A stretch of 64,000 nt of DNA, taken from the NCBI GenBank assembly GCA_051251855.1, contig JBPOGI010000003.1, positions 192,001 through 256,000 on the forward strand, given 5' to 3'. The number at the start of each line of letters is the position of its first letter. The first letter of the stretch is position 1. The DNA is from Roseibacillus sp. (GTDB lineage Bacteria; Verrucomicrobiota; Verrucomicrobiia; Verrucomicrobiales; Akkermansiaceae). The position numbers and the translations under genes were made by a program. Shown here one piece after another: positions 10,072 to 18,885 of this stretch. Under the pieces are notes generated by a model. It made no database searches, had not been told where the DNA came from, and worked only from the letters and a program-made list of their open reading frames with translations.

Positions 10072-10181
10072 ACTGGGAGCGCTGGTCTTTGACCGGCCCT
10101 AACGGTTGATGGCAGAGGTTCGGAGGGGTCGGTTCGGTAGAATCGGTTCGGTGGGGCCGGTCGCAGACCAGCGCTCCCAGT
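10072..10181. repeat. REP-like inverted pair between convergent xdhC and puuD
   Basis: actgggagcgctggtct..gaccggcc / ggccggtc..agaccagcgctcccagt. Confidence 0.7.
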
Positions 10182-10182
10182 C

Positions 10183-11388
10183 CTACCGGAGGGTTTTTAG
10201 GTAAGCGACGAGGTTGTTGACTTGTTCGTCTGTGAGGACGGTGGCGTAGGGGGGCATGGCGGGGGCGTAGCCTTTGACCACTTTGGTGGTGGAGTTGAGG
10301 ATGCTTTCGCGGAGATAGGCTTCGTCGGCGACGAGGGAGGTGCCGTCTTCGAATTCGCGTTTGGTGCCGAGGAGTCCGTGAAGGCTGGGGGCGATGGTTC
10401 CGGCTTGAGGGAGGTGGCAGGCGGTGCAGCCGGTGGAGATGAAGACTTGCTCGCCGGCTTGGGCTTCGGGGGAGAGGGAGGCGGTTTCGGCGGCTTTGCC
10501 TTGCGTGACTAAGAGGGTGATGATGCCTGCGCCGACGATGAAGGTGAGGCCAAGGAGCTCTTTCCAGCGAGGGAGAGAGTGGTAGCAGTTCATCAGATGT
10601 TTGATGAGGGCGAGAGTGATGATGGCGACAGCGGCGATGGCGATGTTGTTGGGGCTTCCGTAGGTGGAGGGGAAATGGGCGCTGAGCATCAGGAAGATAA
10701 CAGGGAAAGTAATGTAGTGGTTGTGGGTGGAGCGGATTTTGGCCTGTTTGCCAAGTTTAAGGTCGTGGGGTTTTCCTTCTAACAGGGCATCCATCATCTT
10801 CTTCTGGTTGACCATGATGTGGAAGAAGACGTTGGCGCTCATCATGCTGCCCATCATGGCTCCCATCTGGAGATAGACGGCGCGGCCATTGAAGACGGTG
10901 TTGAGCCAGAGGCCGTAGACGATGAGTCCGGCGAAGGAGATGAGGAGGCCGAGGCGCTCTTTGTTCCTAACAGGGCTGCGCCAGAGGAGGTCGTAGAAGA
11001 GCCAGCCGCCGACGAGGGAGGCGAAGCTGATGACGGCTCCCATGTAGCCGGGGAGGTCGGTTTTGGCAGGGTCGAGAAGGAGAGTGGCGCCTCGAGTGTA
11101 GAAGAGGGAGACGAGGAGAATGAAGCCGCTGAGAAAGGTGGTGTAGGATTGCCACTTGAAGATGTGGAGGCGTTGGGGGATTTCCTTGGGGTCGATGATG
11201 CGCTTTTGTAGAAGGAAGATGCCGCCACCGTGCAGCATGTTCATGGAGCCAAGCGATTCATCGCCGTCTTCCTTCTCGTCGCGGCGTAAATTGAGCTCGA
11301 ACCAGGTGAAGAGGAGAGAGTTGCCAATCCACATGATGGCGGCCACGACGTGGATCATGCGGAAAGTGATGTTGAAGAATTCGATCAC
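10183..11388 (-). CDS. puuD: Membrane urate hydroxylase PuuD with C-terminal cytochrome c
   Basis: HVVAAIMWIGNS, HGGG, FKWQSYTT, MSANVFF, RSTHNHYITFPVIFLMLSAHFP; CTACH heme motif. Confidence 0.9.
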   Translation of the reverse strand: MIEFFNITFRMIHVVAAIMWIGNSLLFTWFELNLRRDEKEDGDESLGSMNMLHGGGIFLLQKRIIDPKEIPQRLHIFKWQSYTTFLSGFILLVSLFYTRGATLLLDPAKTDLPGYMGAVISFASLVGGWLFYDLLWRSPVRNKERLGLLISFAGLIVYGLWLNTVFNGRAVYLQMGAMMGSMMSANVFFHIMVNQKKMMDALLEGKPHDLKLGKQAKIRSTHNHYITFPVIFLMLSAHFPSTYGSPNNIAIAAVAIITLALIKHLMNCYHSLPRWKELLGLTFIVGAGIITLLVTQGKAAETASLSPEAQAGEQVFISTGCTACHLPQAGTIAPSLHGLLGTKREFEDGTSLVADEAYLRESILNSTTKVVKGYAPAMPPYATVLTDEQVNNLVAYLKTLR

Positions 11389-11439
11389 GATTGAGAGTTT
11401 GGAGAATCTGGGCGGAAAGGGAAGACTCGAGCCTGTTGG

Positions 11440-12090
11440 CTAATCGATTCGGTAGAAGGGGTTGGGCAATTTGTAGATGCGCTCGGAGTAGCCTCCCTCG
11501 AGGTCACTGGTTTGGTCGCCGAAGTTGGCAACGATAGTATAGCCTTCTTTGGTGAGGTTTTGGCGGATGTTTGTTTTAAAAATGACGGCGTCTTGGTAGG
11601 GGACGGTGCCTTTGCGCGGGCGAAGGATGAGACGTTCGTAGGTGCCCATGCCTTCTTTGGAAAGGTTGCGGGCGGTTGGAGTTCGGTCGGCCTCGGTGCG
11701 TCCGGTGAGGAAGATGACTTTCATGCCGAGTTCGATAGCGACTTGGTAGATTTTTCTGAGAGGCTCGATGGCTTCCCCTTCTGCGGTGGCGACCCAAGCA
11801 TCCCAGACATCGGGTTGATAGCCCCAGTCTGTTTCTTTCATGTGAGGAAGGTTCGAAAGGGTGGTCTCGTCGATGTCGAAGATGACGGTAAGCTTTTCAC
11901 CGCCTTGGGCTTTTCGGGCGCGGAGGAAGGTTTCGGCTCCGCGAATAGCGTTGTCCAGGTCCTTGTGATAAAGAGGAGACTCGCTGTATTCAGTAACCTC
12001 TTTCTTGAGTGCCGAGAGGTTGTCGGGTTCGTGGCTGGTGGGAGCACAAGCGAGGGCCGCGAGGCAGGAGAGAAGGAGAAGGCCTTTCAT
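11440..12090 (-). CDS. Class B acid phosphatase / 5'-nucleotidase-like lipoprotein (HAD IIIB)
   Basis: Lipobox LAC, FDIDETTLSN, TGR, GDQxSDL, KLPNPFY. Confidence 0.85.
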   Translation of the reverse strand: MKGLLLLSCLAALACAPTSHEPDNLSALKKEVTEYSESPLYHKDLDNAIRGAETFLRARKAQGGEKLTVIFDIDETTLSNLPHMKETDWGYQPDVWDAWVATAEGEAIEPLRKIYQVAIELGMKVIFLTGRTEADRTPTARNLSKEGMGTYERLILRPRKGTVPYQDAVIFKTNIRQNLTKEGYTIVANFGDQTSDLEGGYSERIYKLPNPFYRID

Positions 12091-12199
12091 AGAAGAATAG
12101 GAGAGTAGCACATTTTCGGCCAAGCGGGAACTTGGGAACCGGAACTTGGCCATGGCTTTGTTTCTGCTTAGGTTCTAGAGTCCCTAGCTGCCATCCGTC

Positions 12200-14200
12200 A
12201 TGACTTCGTTCGATATCCCTGCTTACCTTTCGTTTCTTCCTGAATCGCTTTTGAAGTCGTTGTGGGAAGAGGCCGAGCCTGTGGAGGCGGTGGCGGAACT
12301 GCGGGTGGCTTCGGGATTGAGAGAGAAGTTTCCAGAGATTGAGACGGATGAGGCCTTAGCCTTTGTATGTGCGCTTTATCGCGAGAATCGCGAGGCTCTG
12401 AAGCAGGTTTTGGAGCAAAGAGTGAAGGATCGGGCCTTTATGGACCGGGAGACGCTAGCTTGTGTAGAAAAGAACGAAGGGGTCGCTTATACCTCGCCAA
12501 ATTACGCGACGGTGTTGGGACAGAAGAATGAGGAGGGGCGTCTGGTCATTGGGCCCTTGGATAATGAGGGCGAGGTGAACAAGGTGGTGATTCCTGAATT
12601 TTTAGTAGGGGATCAGGTGACGCTCTTTGGGCCGCCGGATACGGCGAAGATGTCGATTAATGCCATGAACGCGTTCAATCGAGTGAGTCCTGATGAACCG
12701 GCGATTGTGACGGAGCTGGCAGAGGCGGCGGGTCAGGTGCCGCGATGGGGGGCTGACAACGAGGATTCGAAGACGCCGATTATGGCGAATTTTTTGCAAG
12801 CCTGTCAGAATTTGGTGGGTTGCTTCGATGGGACGCTGGAGTTTCACGATGAGAAGCGAGGAAAGAGCTATCGGCTGGATGAGAGTGGATTGTCGAAGCC
12901 GATTAAACGGATTCCGGGATTGGCGTTGCCGGATGGCAATCACTTGTTAGAGGGGAATCCGTTGCCGTTGCATTTGTTCGATTTTGCGATGCATTTGTGG
13001 CACAATCGGACACGGGAAGAGGCCTTGGTTTTTTATGTGCCGAAGTTGGAGAACGAGGAAGAGGCCGCTTATTTGAAGGGGGTGATTGATAGCGCGGAGC
13101 GGTGGATTCAGGAGGTGGAGCCGAGTTATGTTTTGGGGACGATTAAGCTGTTCATTGTGTTTGAGAACCCGCGGGCGATTTTTCGGATTCGGGAAATTGC
13201 GCAAATTCTCGAGCCGCACTTTTTGGGAGGGAGCTTGGGGTGGCATGACTTTTTGGCTTCGGCAGCTCGGCTCTTCAAACATGATCCGAATTACCGCATT
13301 CCGGTGAAGGCGGATCCGAATATCGTGATTAACCATATTCGGGAGTCGCATCGGATTTTGGTTGATGCTTTGGCGCCGATGGATGCGATACGGATTGGGG
13401 GGATGTATGGGGTGCTCTATGAGGAAGGGAATGCGCAATCCTACTTGGTGAGCATGGTGGGGTATGTGCGTGATGTAGCGACGCAATTGAAACGAGGGTT
13501 GAATGGCTTTTGGGTGGCGCATCCGGCCTTTGTGCGCACGGGGTTGGCTTTGGTGGAGGCGTGGCGAAGGGGTCCTGAAAGTGTGACTGAGCTGGTGAGG
13601 GCGCTTGTTCCCGATGAGGTTGAGTGCGAGGGTTTGTTAGAATTTGTCTTTGCGGAGGATGTGGAAGGGCTGGATAAAGAGGATCCTCGTTATTTGCGGG
13701 CGGTTCTCGCGGCGACTTTGGAGATTTCCGATGTGATTGCGAACGATGATCCTGAGGAGGTGCGCTATAATGTTTTTCAGGCGTTGCAGTATATTTGTGA
13801 TTGGTTGACGGGGAATGGCTGTGTTGCGTTACCAGCGACGATGCAGAATAGTCGAGGGGAGACCGTGTTTATCCGGGTGATGGATGATTTGGCGACGACC
13901 GAGCGGTCGCGCTGGGAGCTGTGGGCGGAGGTGAATCATGGGCGAGTATCCCGCGAGTTGTTCGAGGAGATTCTGCAGGCAGAATTAGCTTTCTTGAAAG
14001 CGGGAGAGGATTCGGATAACAAGCGGGTGCAGGTTGCTTGGAAAGGTGAGGCTGCGAAATGGTATCCCATTGCAGCTGAGATTTTAAGAAGACTGGTACT
14101 CGATTCGGAACCGGTGGAATTTGCGACGGAGCTGATGATGCCGTTTACACTCGATTATGTTCGAGAATCGGGGGATCCGGTGAAGGCGGCTGGTCTTTGA
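12200..14200 (+). CDS. Malate synthase (divergent)
   Basis: DNEDS, YVPKLENEEEA, VFEN, GWHDF, GFWVAHP, GNGCV, MDDLATTERSR correspond to malate synthase catalytic motifs. Confidence 0.8.
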   Translation: MTSFDIPAYLSFLPESLLKSLWEEAEPVEAVAELRVASGLREKFPEIETDEALAFVCALYRENREALKQVLEQRVKDRAFMDRETLACVEKNEGVAYTSPNYATVLGQKNEEGRLVIGPLDNEGEVNKVVIPEFLVGDQVTLFGPPDTAKMSINAMNAFNRVSPDEPAIVTELAEAAGQVPRWGADNEDSKTPIMANFLQACQNLVGCFDGTLEFHDEKRGKSYRLDESGLSKPIKRIPGLALPDGNHLLEGNPLPLHLFDFAMHLWHNRTREEALVFYVPKLENEEEAAYLKGVIDSAERWIQEVEPSYVLGTIKLFIVFENPRAIFRIREIAQILEPHFLGGSLGWHDFLASAARLFKHDPNYRIPVKADPNIVINHIRESHRILVDALAPMDAIRIGGMYGVLYEEGNAQSYLVSMVGYVRDVATQLKRGLNGFWVAHPAFVRTGLALVEAWRRGPESVTELVRALVPDEVECEGLLEFVFAEDVEGLDKEDPRYLRAVLAATLEISDVIANDDPEEVRYNVFQALQYICDWLTGNGCVALPATMQNSRGETVFIRVMDDLATTERSRWELWAEVNHGRVSRELFEEILQAELAFLKAGEDSDNKRVQVAWKGEAAKWYPIAAEILRRLVLDSEPVEFATELMMPFTLDYVRESGDPVKAAGL

Positions 14201-14209
14201 AGAGAGACC

Positions 14210-14662
14210 CTACTTCGACTTCTTCTTGAGGTCGGTGCGGATGCGTTCGACGGCATCGGGGGAGGATTCCAGCTCTTTCATGAGGGCTTCAAAGACACGC
14301 ATGGTGGGGCTGGAGATGTGGTGCTCCATTCCTTCGACATCGTCATAGATGGTCTCGTCGTCGATGCCGAAGAGTTGAAGGAAACGGGTGAGGAGTTCGT
14401 GGCGCCGGATGATGTAGTCGGCGACTTCTTGCCCACGGTCGGTGAGGGTCATGCCGCGGTATTTTTCGTAGTTCACGAGTTCTTCGGCATCGAGGCGCTT
14501 GACCATATTGGTGACGCTGGCTTGGGAGATCGAGAGCTTCTCGGCGATGTCGATGACTCTTGCGTATCCTTTCTCCGCAATGAGTTGCGAGATTTGCTCC
14601 AAGTAATCCTCCATGGCGATGGAGCCGATTCGGGCAGGAGATGGAGGGGAAGGCTTAGGCAC
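14210..14662 (-). CDS. mntR: DtxR/MntR family metal-dependent regulator
   Basis: MEDYLEQI, YARVIDIAEKL, RRHELL, DVEGMEHHIS; start 14662 (GTG) or 14614. Confidence 0.85.
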   Translation of the reverse strand: MPKPSPPSPARIGSIAMEDYLEQISQLIAEKGYARVIDIAEKLSISQASVTNMVKRLDAEELVNYEKYRGMTLTDRGQEVADYIIRRHELLTRFLQLFGIDDETIYDDVEGMEHHISSPTMRVFEALMKELESSPDAVERIRTDLKKKSK

Positions 14663-14804
14663 TACCTTTGAGAGGTTAGATAAATTGGAAGGGGAGTCAA
14701 ACAGGAGCGGTGCGGTAGCAGCTCTTTTCGGAAATTCCCCGATTTTACTGCGGTTGAAGAGAGACAGCAGCGCTTGAATAGTTGCCATTTTCGACCTCAA
14801 TCTC

Positions 14805-16040
14805 ATGAAAACAACACGTCTCCTCTCTTATCTGACCGCAATCTTTGTGCTTTTGGCTGCCGGCTCTACTCAAGCTCAAATGAACCGGGGAGTTTGGTTC
14901 TGGGGTAGCACCAGTACTCCTGATGGACCGAGTCCCTATGGTTCCATCGATGTGGTGGGAGATTCGGTTAAAGAGGATGAGTCGATTGCCTTTTTCAATA
15001 CCCACGGCGTCAAACGTATTTATGGTAGTTATCAGAATCGTCCGGTCAGCGATACGCTCGCGATAGCGGAGTGGAATCAAAAGCTGGAGTATGCCTTTAT
15101 TGAGTCTCAGCTCTTGCTCGATTTTGTGAACATTCACGATGCGGTCGCAGTGGATGACTTCATGGATAAAATTCAGGAACGATTCATCGACTACAATGCG
15201 AGCTATTATGATCTCCCTCAGTATCGTTTTGACGCTCTTCATCTCGACATCGAGCCTCAGGGTTCGGCGCCTTGGGATGCGGCAGACGCGGCAGGGAAGC
15301 GGGCCATTTTAGAGGAACTGAAGGACCTTTATGCGGATATTCGGGCGCTGTTGGTGGCGGAAGGAGTTGGGACGATTCCGGTCTATGCTGATATTCCGTT
15401 TACTTGGGACAAGCTCCCCGTTGATGGAGGATCCGTTGGCTGGGTAGATGCGGCGGATCGCGATGCGTGGTTTGCGGGGATTGGGGATTCGTTGGATGGG
15501 ATTTCGATCATGACTTTTTCGAAAGATACGGTGTCCGAGCTGACGGTGGCGACAGAGTATGAGCGCACGGGGGCGTTTCCTGGGTTTGCACGCATTGGGA
15601 TTCAACCTAAGGGATGGCCCGGGCAGCAGTGGGAGTCGATTTGGGAGGTGAATAGTATTTTGACGGACTTGGAGGCGATTCATGCACCCAACCATGCGAC
15701 TGATTTGGAGAACTACGGGTTTTGGCGCTATTCGATTGAGGATTCGTTACTCGTTCCAGTGATTGTGGATATTGATATTGTGATTTACGGCGATGATCCG
15801 GGGACCGGTCCAGGGACTCCTTTTCCCGGCGGTGGCACTGGTCCTGCCATCTACTTTGATGGGGTGGCAGGCTATGTCTATACGGTGAAACATGCGTCTA
15901 GGCTCAACGGGCAGTGGCGAGAGATGGAGCAAGTGAAGGCGAGGGATGGAAATGGAGAGCGATTAAGGGTTCCGATTGATTTGTCACAGCCAGCGGGCTT
16001 CTTCAAAGTGGAAGTGTGTGCCGAAGAAGTTGAGCGTTAA
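14805..16040 (+). CDS. Secreted hypothetical protein, possible TIM-barrel glycoside hydrolase-like domain
   Basis: Signal peptide, FDALHLDIEP motif, Gly/Pro linker, C-terminal beta domain ending GFFKVEV. Confidence 0.6.
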   Translation: MKTTRLLSYLTAIFVLLAAGSTQAQMNRGVWFWGSTSTPDGPSPYGSIDVVGDSVKEDESIAFFNTHGVKRIYGSYQNRPVSDTLAIAEWNQKLEYAFIESQLLLDFVNIHDAVAVDDFMDKIQERFIDYNASYYDLPQYRFDALHLDIEPQGSAPWDAADAAGKRAILEELKDLYADIRALLVAEGVGTIPVYADIPFTWDKLPVDGGSVGWVDAADRDAWFAGIGDSLDGISIMTFSKDTVSELTVATEYERTGAFPGFARIGIQPKGWPGQQWESIWEVNSILTDLEAIHAPNHATDLENYGFWRYSIEDSLLVPVIVDIDIVIYGDDPGTGPGTPFPGGGTGPAIYFDGVAGYVYTVKHASRLNGQWREMEQVKARDGNGERLRVPIDLSQPAGFFKVEVCAEEVER

Positions 16041-16104
16041 GAGCGGTTTGGATTAGCAGATTTCAATGCTAGCCAAAGGGTGGGCAAGGGATAATGTTCC
16101 GGTA

Positions 16105-16266
16105 GTGCAAATAGGAAATTTCTCTCGCAATCCTCGACTTTACTCGACCGGACGTCTGACAGAAGCGGCCAAAGAGTATGGCCATGAGGTTGGAGTTGTC
16201 GCTTGTGCGCGGACCGACATGAATATCGCAGCTGTGGGTAAGGCCAAGACTCGGGGAAAATGTTAG
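16105..16266 (+). pseudogene. rimK: rimK remnant with large in-frame internal deletion
   Basis: SRNPRLYSTGRLTEAAKEYGHEV..MNIA (RimK N-terminus) joined directly to GKAKTRGK* (RimK-like C-terminus), 6 nt upstream of an AstE-like gene. Confidence 0.75.
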
Positions 16267-16272
16267 ACGACT

Positions 16273-17346
16273 ATGGCTAAGAAATTATCGTTCGAATTTG
16301 AGGGGACAGAGGTCCTAGGTGGTGAGCGGGAGACGGTAACTCTTCCGATCGGTCGCTTTCTGACAGGTCAAGACTTTGGTCTTCCTGTGCATGTGATTCA
16401 GGGGAAGAGGGAAGGGCCTGTGCTTTTGCTGACGGGTGCTGTTCATGGTGACGAGCTCAATGGAATTGAGATTGTGCGTCGCATGATTGCAGGCAATTCC
16501 CTTCGTTCACTGCGGGGGACGGTGTTGGCAATTCCGGTGGTAAACATTCCTGCCTTTGGAGCGCGGTCTCGGTATTTGCCTGATCGGCGTGACTTGAATC
16601 GTCTCTTTCCTGGCGGTGAAGGTGGTTCAGTTGGTGGACGAATCGCTCGTGCTCTGACGGAGTCCGTGATTCCACGAGCAGACGTCGTGATTGACCTTCA
16701 CACGGGGGCTGTGAATCGACCGAACTTGCCACAGCTCAGGATTACGCGGGGCGATAAGCGTTCACAGGAGTTAGCCCAAGTTTTTGCGGCCCCGGCGACC
16801 TTACTCGCTGGCGAGAGGGAAGGGTCTTTTCGGACGGAATGTCGGAAGGCTGGGAAGCCTTGTCTCCTTTTTGAGGGTGGAGAAGCAATGAGGTTGGATG
16901 CGGGTTCAATTAAGTATGGGCTTCGTGGAGTGATGCGTGTGATGCGGGATTTGGGGATGCTGCCAAAGACAAAGGGGATGACTCAGGCGATTGAGACTGT
17001 CTTTTGTCCACGGAGTGGGTGGGAGCGTTCTCCTTCGGGTGGGCTTTTCACTCCTTTGATGGCGTTGGGCCGAGCGGTCCACGTAGGAGATGTGCTGGGA
17101 TTCGTAGCTGATGTCTCGGGAGGTCCCGAACAATCCGTTGTTGCGACAAGAAGTGGTATTTTGATTGGGCGAACCAATGAGGGGGTGGCGGATGAAGGTG
17201 ATGCTCTCTTTCATATTGCCGAGGCTGGAGATCCGGCGGGAGCGGAAGAGCAGATCACGGAGGGAGGAGAGGTCCTTCCAGACACTTGGCAGGAGGCAGA
17301 GGACGTTCCGGTTCCTTATGATCCAGTGAGTGACACGGTGGTGTGA
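16273..17346 (+). CDS. Succinylglutamate desuccinylase/aspartoacylase family protein (M14)
   Basis: GAVHGDELNG, DLNRLFPG, IDLHTG, FEGGE. Confidence 0.88.
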   Translation: MAKKLSFEFEGTEVLGGERETVTLPIGRFLTGQDFGLPVHVIQGKREGPVLLLTGAVHGDELNGIEIVRRMIAGNSLRSLRGTVLAIPVVNIPAFGARSRYLPDRRDLNRLFPGGEGGSVGGRIARALTESVIPRADVVIDLHTGAVNRPNLPQLRITRGDKRSQELAQVFAAPATLLAGEREGSFRTECRKAGKPCLLFEGGEAMRLDAGSIKYGLRGVMRVMRDLGMLPKTKGMTQAIETVFCPRSGWERSPSGGLFTPLMALGRAVHVGDVLGFVADVSGGPEQSVVATRSGILIGRTNEGVADEGDALFHIAEAGDPAGAEEQITEGGEVLPDTWQEAEDVPVPYDPVSDTVV

Positions 17347-17392
17347 TCGGTTGGCTTTTGTGGAATGACTTTCGGCCAAGAGCGCTGGACAT

Positions 17393-17428
17393 AAAAAAAC
17401 CGAGCCCGCAATGAGCGGAACTCGGTTT
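17393..17428 (-). terminator. Intrinsic terminator, probably bidirectional
   Basis: aaaaaaaccgagcccgc-aatga-gcggaactcggttt hairpin with U-run on the minus strand, between convergent genes. Confidence 0.65.
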
Positions 17429-17446
17429 GGTGAAATCTATCCGAGG

Positions 17447-18106
17447 CTACTTCTCCAGAAGTGCCTTCACTGCTTCTTGGGAGCTAGCGGAAAGTTTGGT
17501 GACCGGATAGGCGACAGTCTTCCCATCAGGCATCTGGAATGTGACGGTAGCGTCATCGGCTTTCACGATGGCTGCGGTGATGGTCTTGCCATCAGCATTG
17601 GTCCAAGCTTGTTTTTCGGCAAGGAGGGAGGTTTCTTCAGCTTCTTCCTCAGCGTTCTGAGAAGAGCCGACGACGTCCATTTCCTTAATTTCTTTCTTCA
17701 GATCGCGAGCAGCCTTTCGTGTGTCGGAAAGGTCCTTGTAGCTGAAGCCTTTTAATCCTTTGGAGAGGTCGGCGGTGGTGACCATGACCATGGGAATAGT
17801 GTTTCCCATATGAGTTTCGCGGCGAATCTCGGCAACGGGCTTAGGAGCGTTGCCAATTCCATCTTTCTTTGAGTCGATGAAGACGATGGGTCCTGTGGAC
17901 TTAAATGCTTTGAAGGCTTCCGAACTGGTAGCCAAACAAGGTCCTCATGTTGTGCCTGGATCGGTGTAGACGAAGATGATGGGTTCGCTTTTTTCGAGAG
18001 CCTCTGCCTTTGCTTCTTCGAGCTTGTCGAGAGTGTAAACGTGGCGCGGAATATCTAAGGCGAGCGCTGGAACAAATCCTAAAATGAGGAGGGCTAAGAC
18101 TTTCAT
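17447..18106 (-). CDS. Candidate selenoprotein: signal peptide + thioredoxin-like UxxC domain + SHD1-like domain (219 aa)
   Basis: ATG 18106 MKVLALLILGFVPALALD...PIIFVYTDPGTT-TGA(17947-17945)-GPCLATS continues in frame into the tracked ORF 17447..17935; C-terminal WTNADGKTITA...LSASSQEAV. Confidence 0.8.
17897..17944 (-). promoter_or_regulatory. Putative bacterial SECIS hairpin
   Basis: Immediately 3' of UGA: GGAC...GGCU-A-CC[AGUUC]GG-A-AGCC...GUCC; loop begins 18 nt after UGA, with GU in the loop. Confidence 0.65.
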
Positions 18107-18235
18107 GACGATGCAACTCTATACAATCCTGGTGAGATGACGATCTGATTATCCCACGAAATATTGCCCCTCCAGAAACTTAGGATACGTTTAATACAAT
18201 TCTGGCACAAAAAGTGGTGAGGAAACAGTTATGCT

Positions 18236-18541
18236 ATGAAAACGACCATTAACTGTACAAAGCATCTAGACGAGAATCACACCAGCGTTTGGGAGTCTAC
18301 TCGTGACCTCATTGAGCGCAAACACAAGCATTTGCGCAATGTCCACCCTGATCTCTTTAAGGCCGAATTGCATCTTCGTGCATTTAGCCGGCAGACGGAA
18401 GTTCATCTCTTGGTCCATGATACTCGTCATCGTTTGATTGAATCTCATGCGAGTGGTGAGAACTTGGATAGGTGTATTGCGCTCGCTTTCAAGAGAGCAG
18501 AAGTGCAGTTGGCAAAGCCGAAGCATTTGCAGAATCACTAG
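18236..18541 (+). CDS. HPF/RaiA-like small protein (divergent)
   Basis: 101 aa; ESHASGENLDRCIALAFKRAEVQLAK resembles the S30EA C-terminal helix. Confidence 0.5.
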   Translation: MKTTINCTKHLDENHTSVWESTRDLIERKHKHLRNVHPDLFKAELHLRAFSRQTEVHLLVHDTRHRLIESHASGENLDRCIALAFKRAEVQLAKPKHLQNH

Positions 18542-18761
18542 GGTGTGTTCGAAAAGGGGTAACAGCCCTGTCCGAATCTTTATTCAAAATGAAAAACCAC
18601 TACGTGACAGCTTTTTGCAAAGACCCTGCGGGCTGACGTTGGCTGAAATTCTGGACTTCGTTGTTCGTCAGTCGATGGTCCCAACCAACTCCTTCCTCGC
18701 GTCTTGCCAGAATTCCAGCCAACGCCAGCAGGACTATCACCCTTTTTCGAGCACACCCTAG
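18538..18761. mobile_element. MITE-like element 2 (CTAG-bounded)
   Basis: 33-nt terminal inverted repeats (28/33) ctagggtgtgttcgaaaagggg...ccctttttcgagcacaccctag; 23-nt inner inverted repeat. Confidence 0.78.
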
Positions 18762-18885
18762 TTCTTCTGACTCTTGCTAGGCGGTCTGCGACTTCCCCAT
18801 CAGGAATTCGGGGAAGGTAGGCGTTCACTCTTTCTATAGGGAAGAGATTCTCTGCAGCCCTCATTCAATTGAGGGATGGTGGGAG

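Noticed and set aside
17945..17947. Genome-wide TGA reassignment as explanation of the in-frame TGA
   Set aside because: TGA terminates ordinary genes here (xdhC 10056, malate synthase 14200, ABC genes 22982 and 36304).
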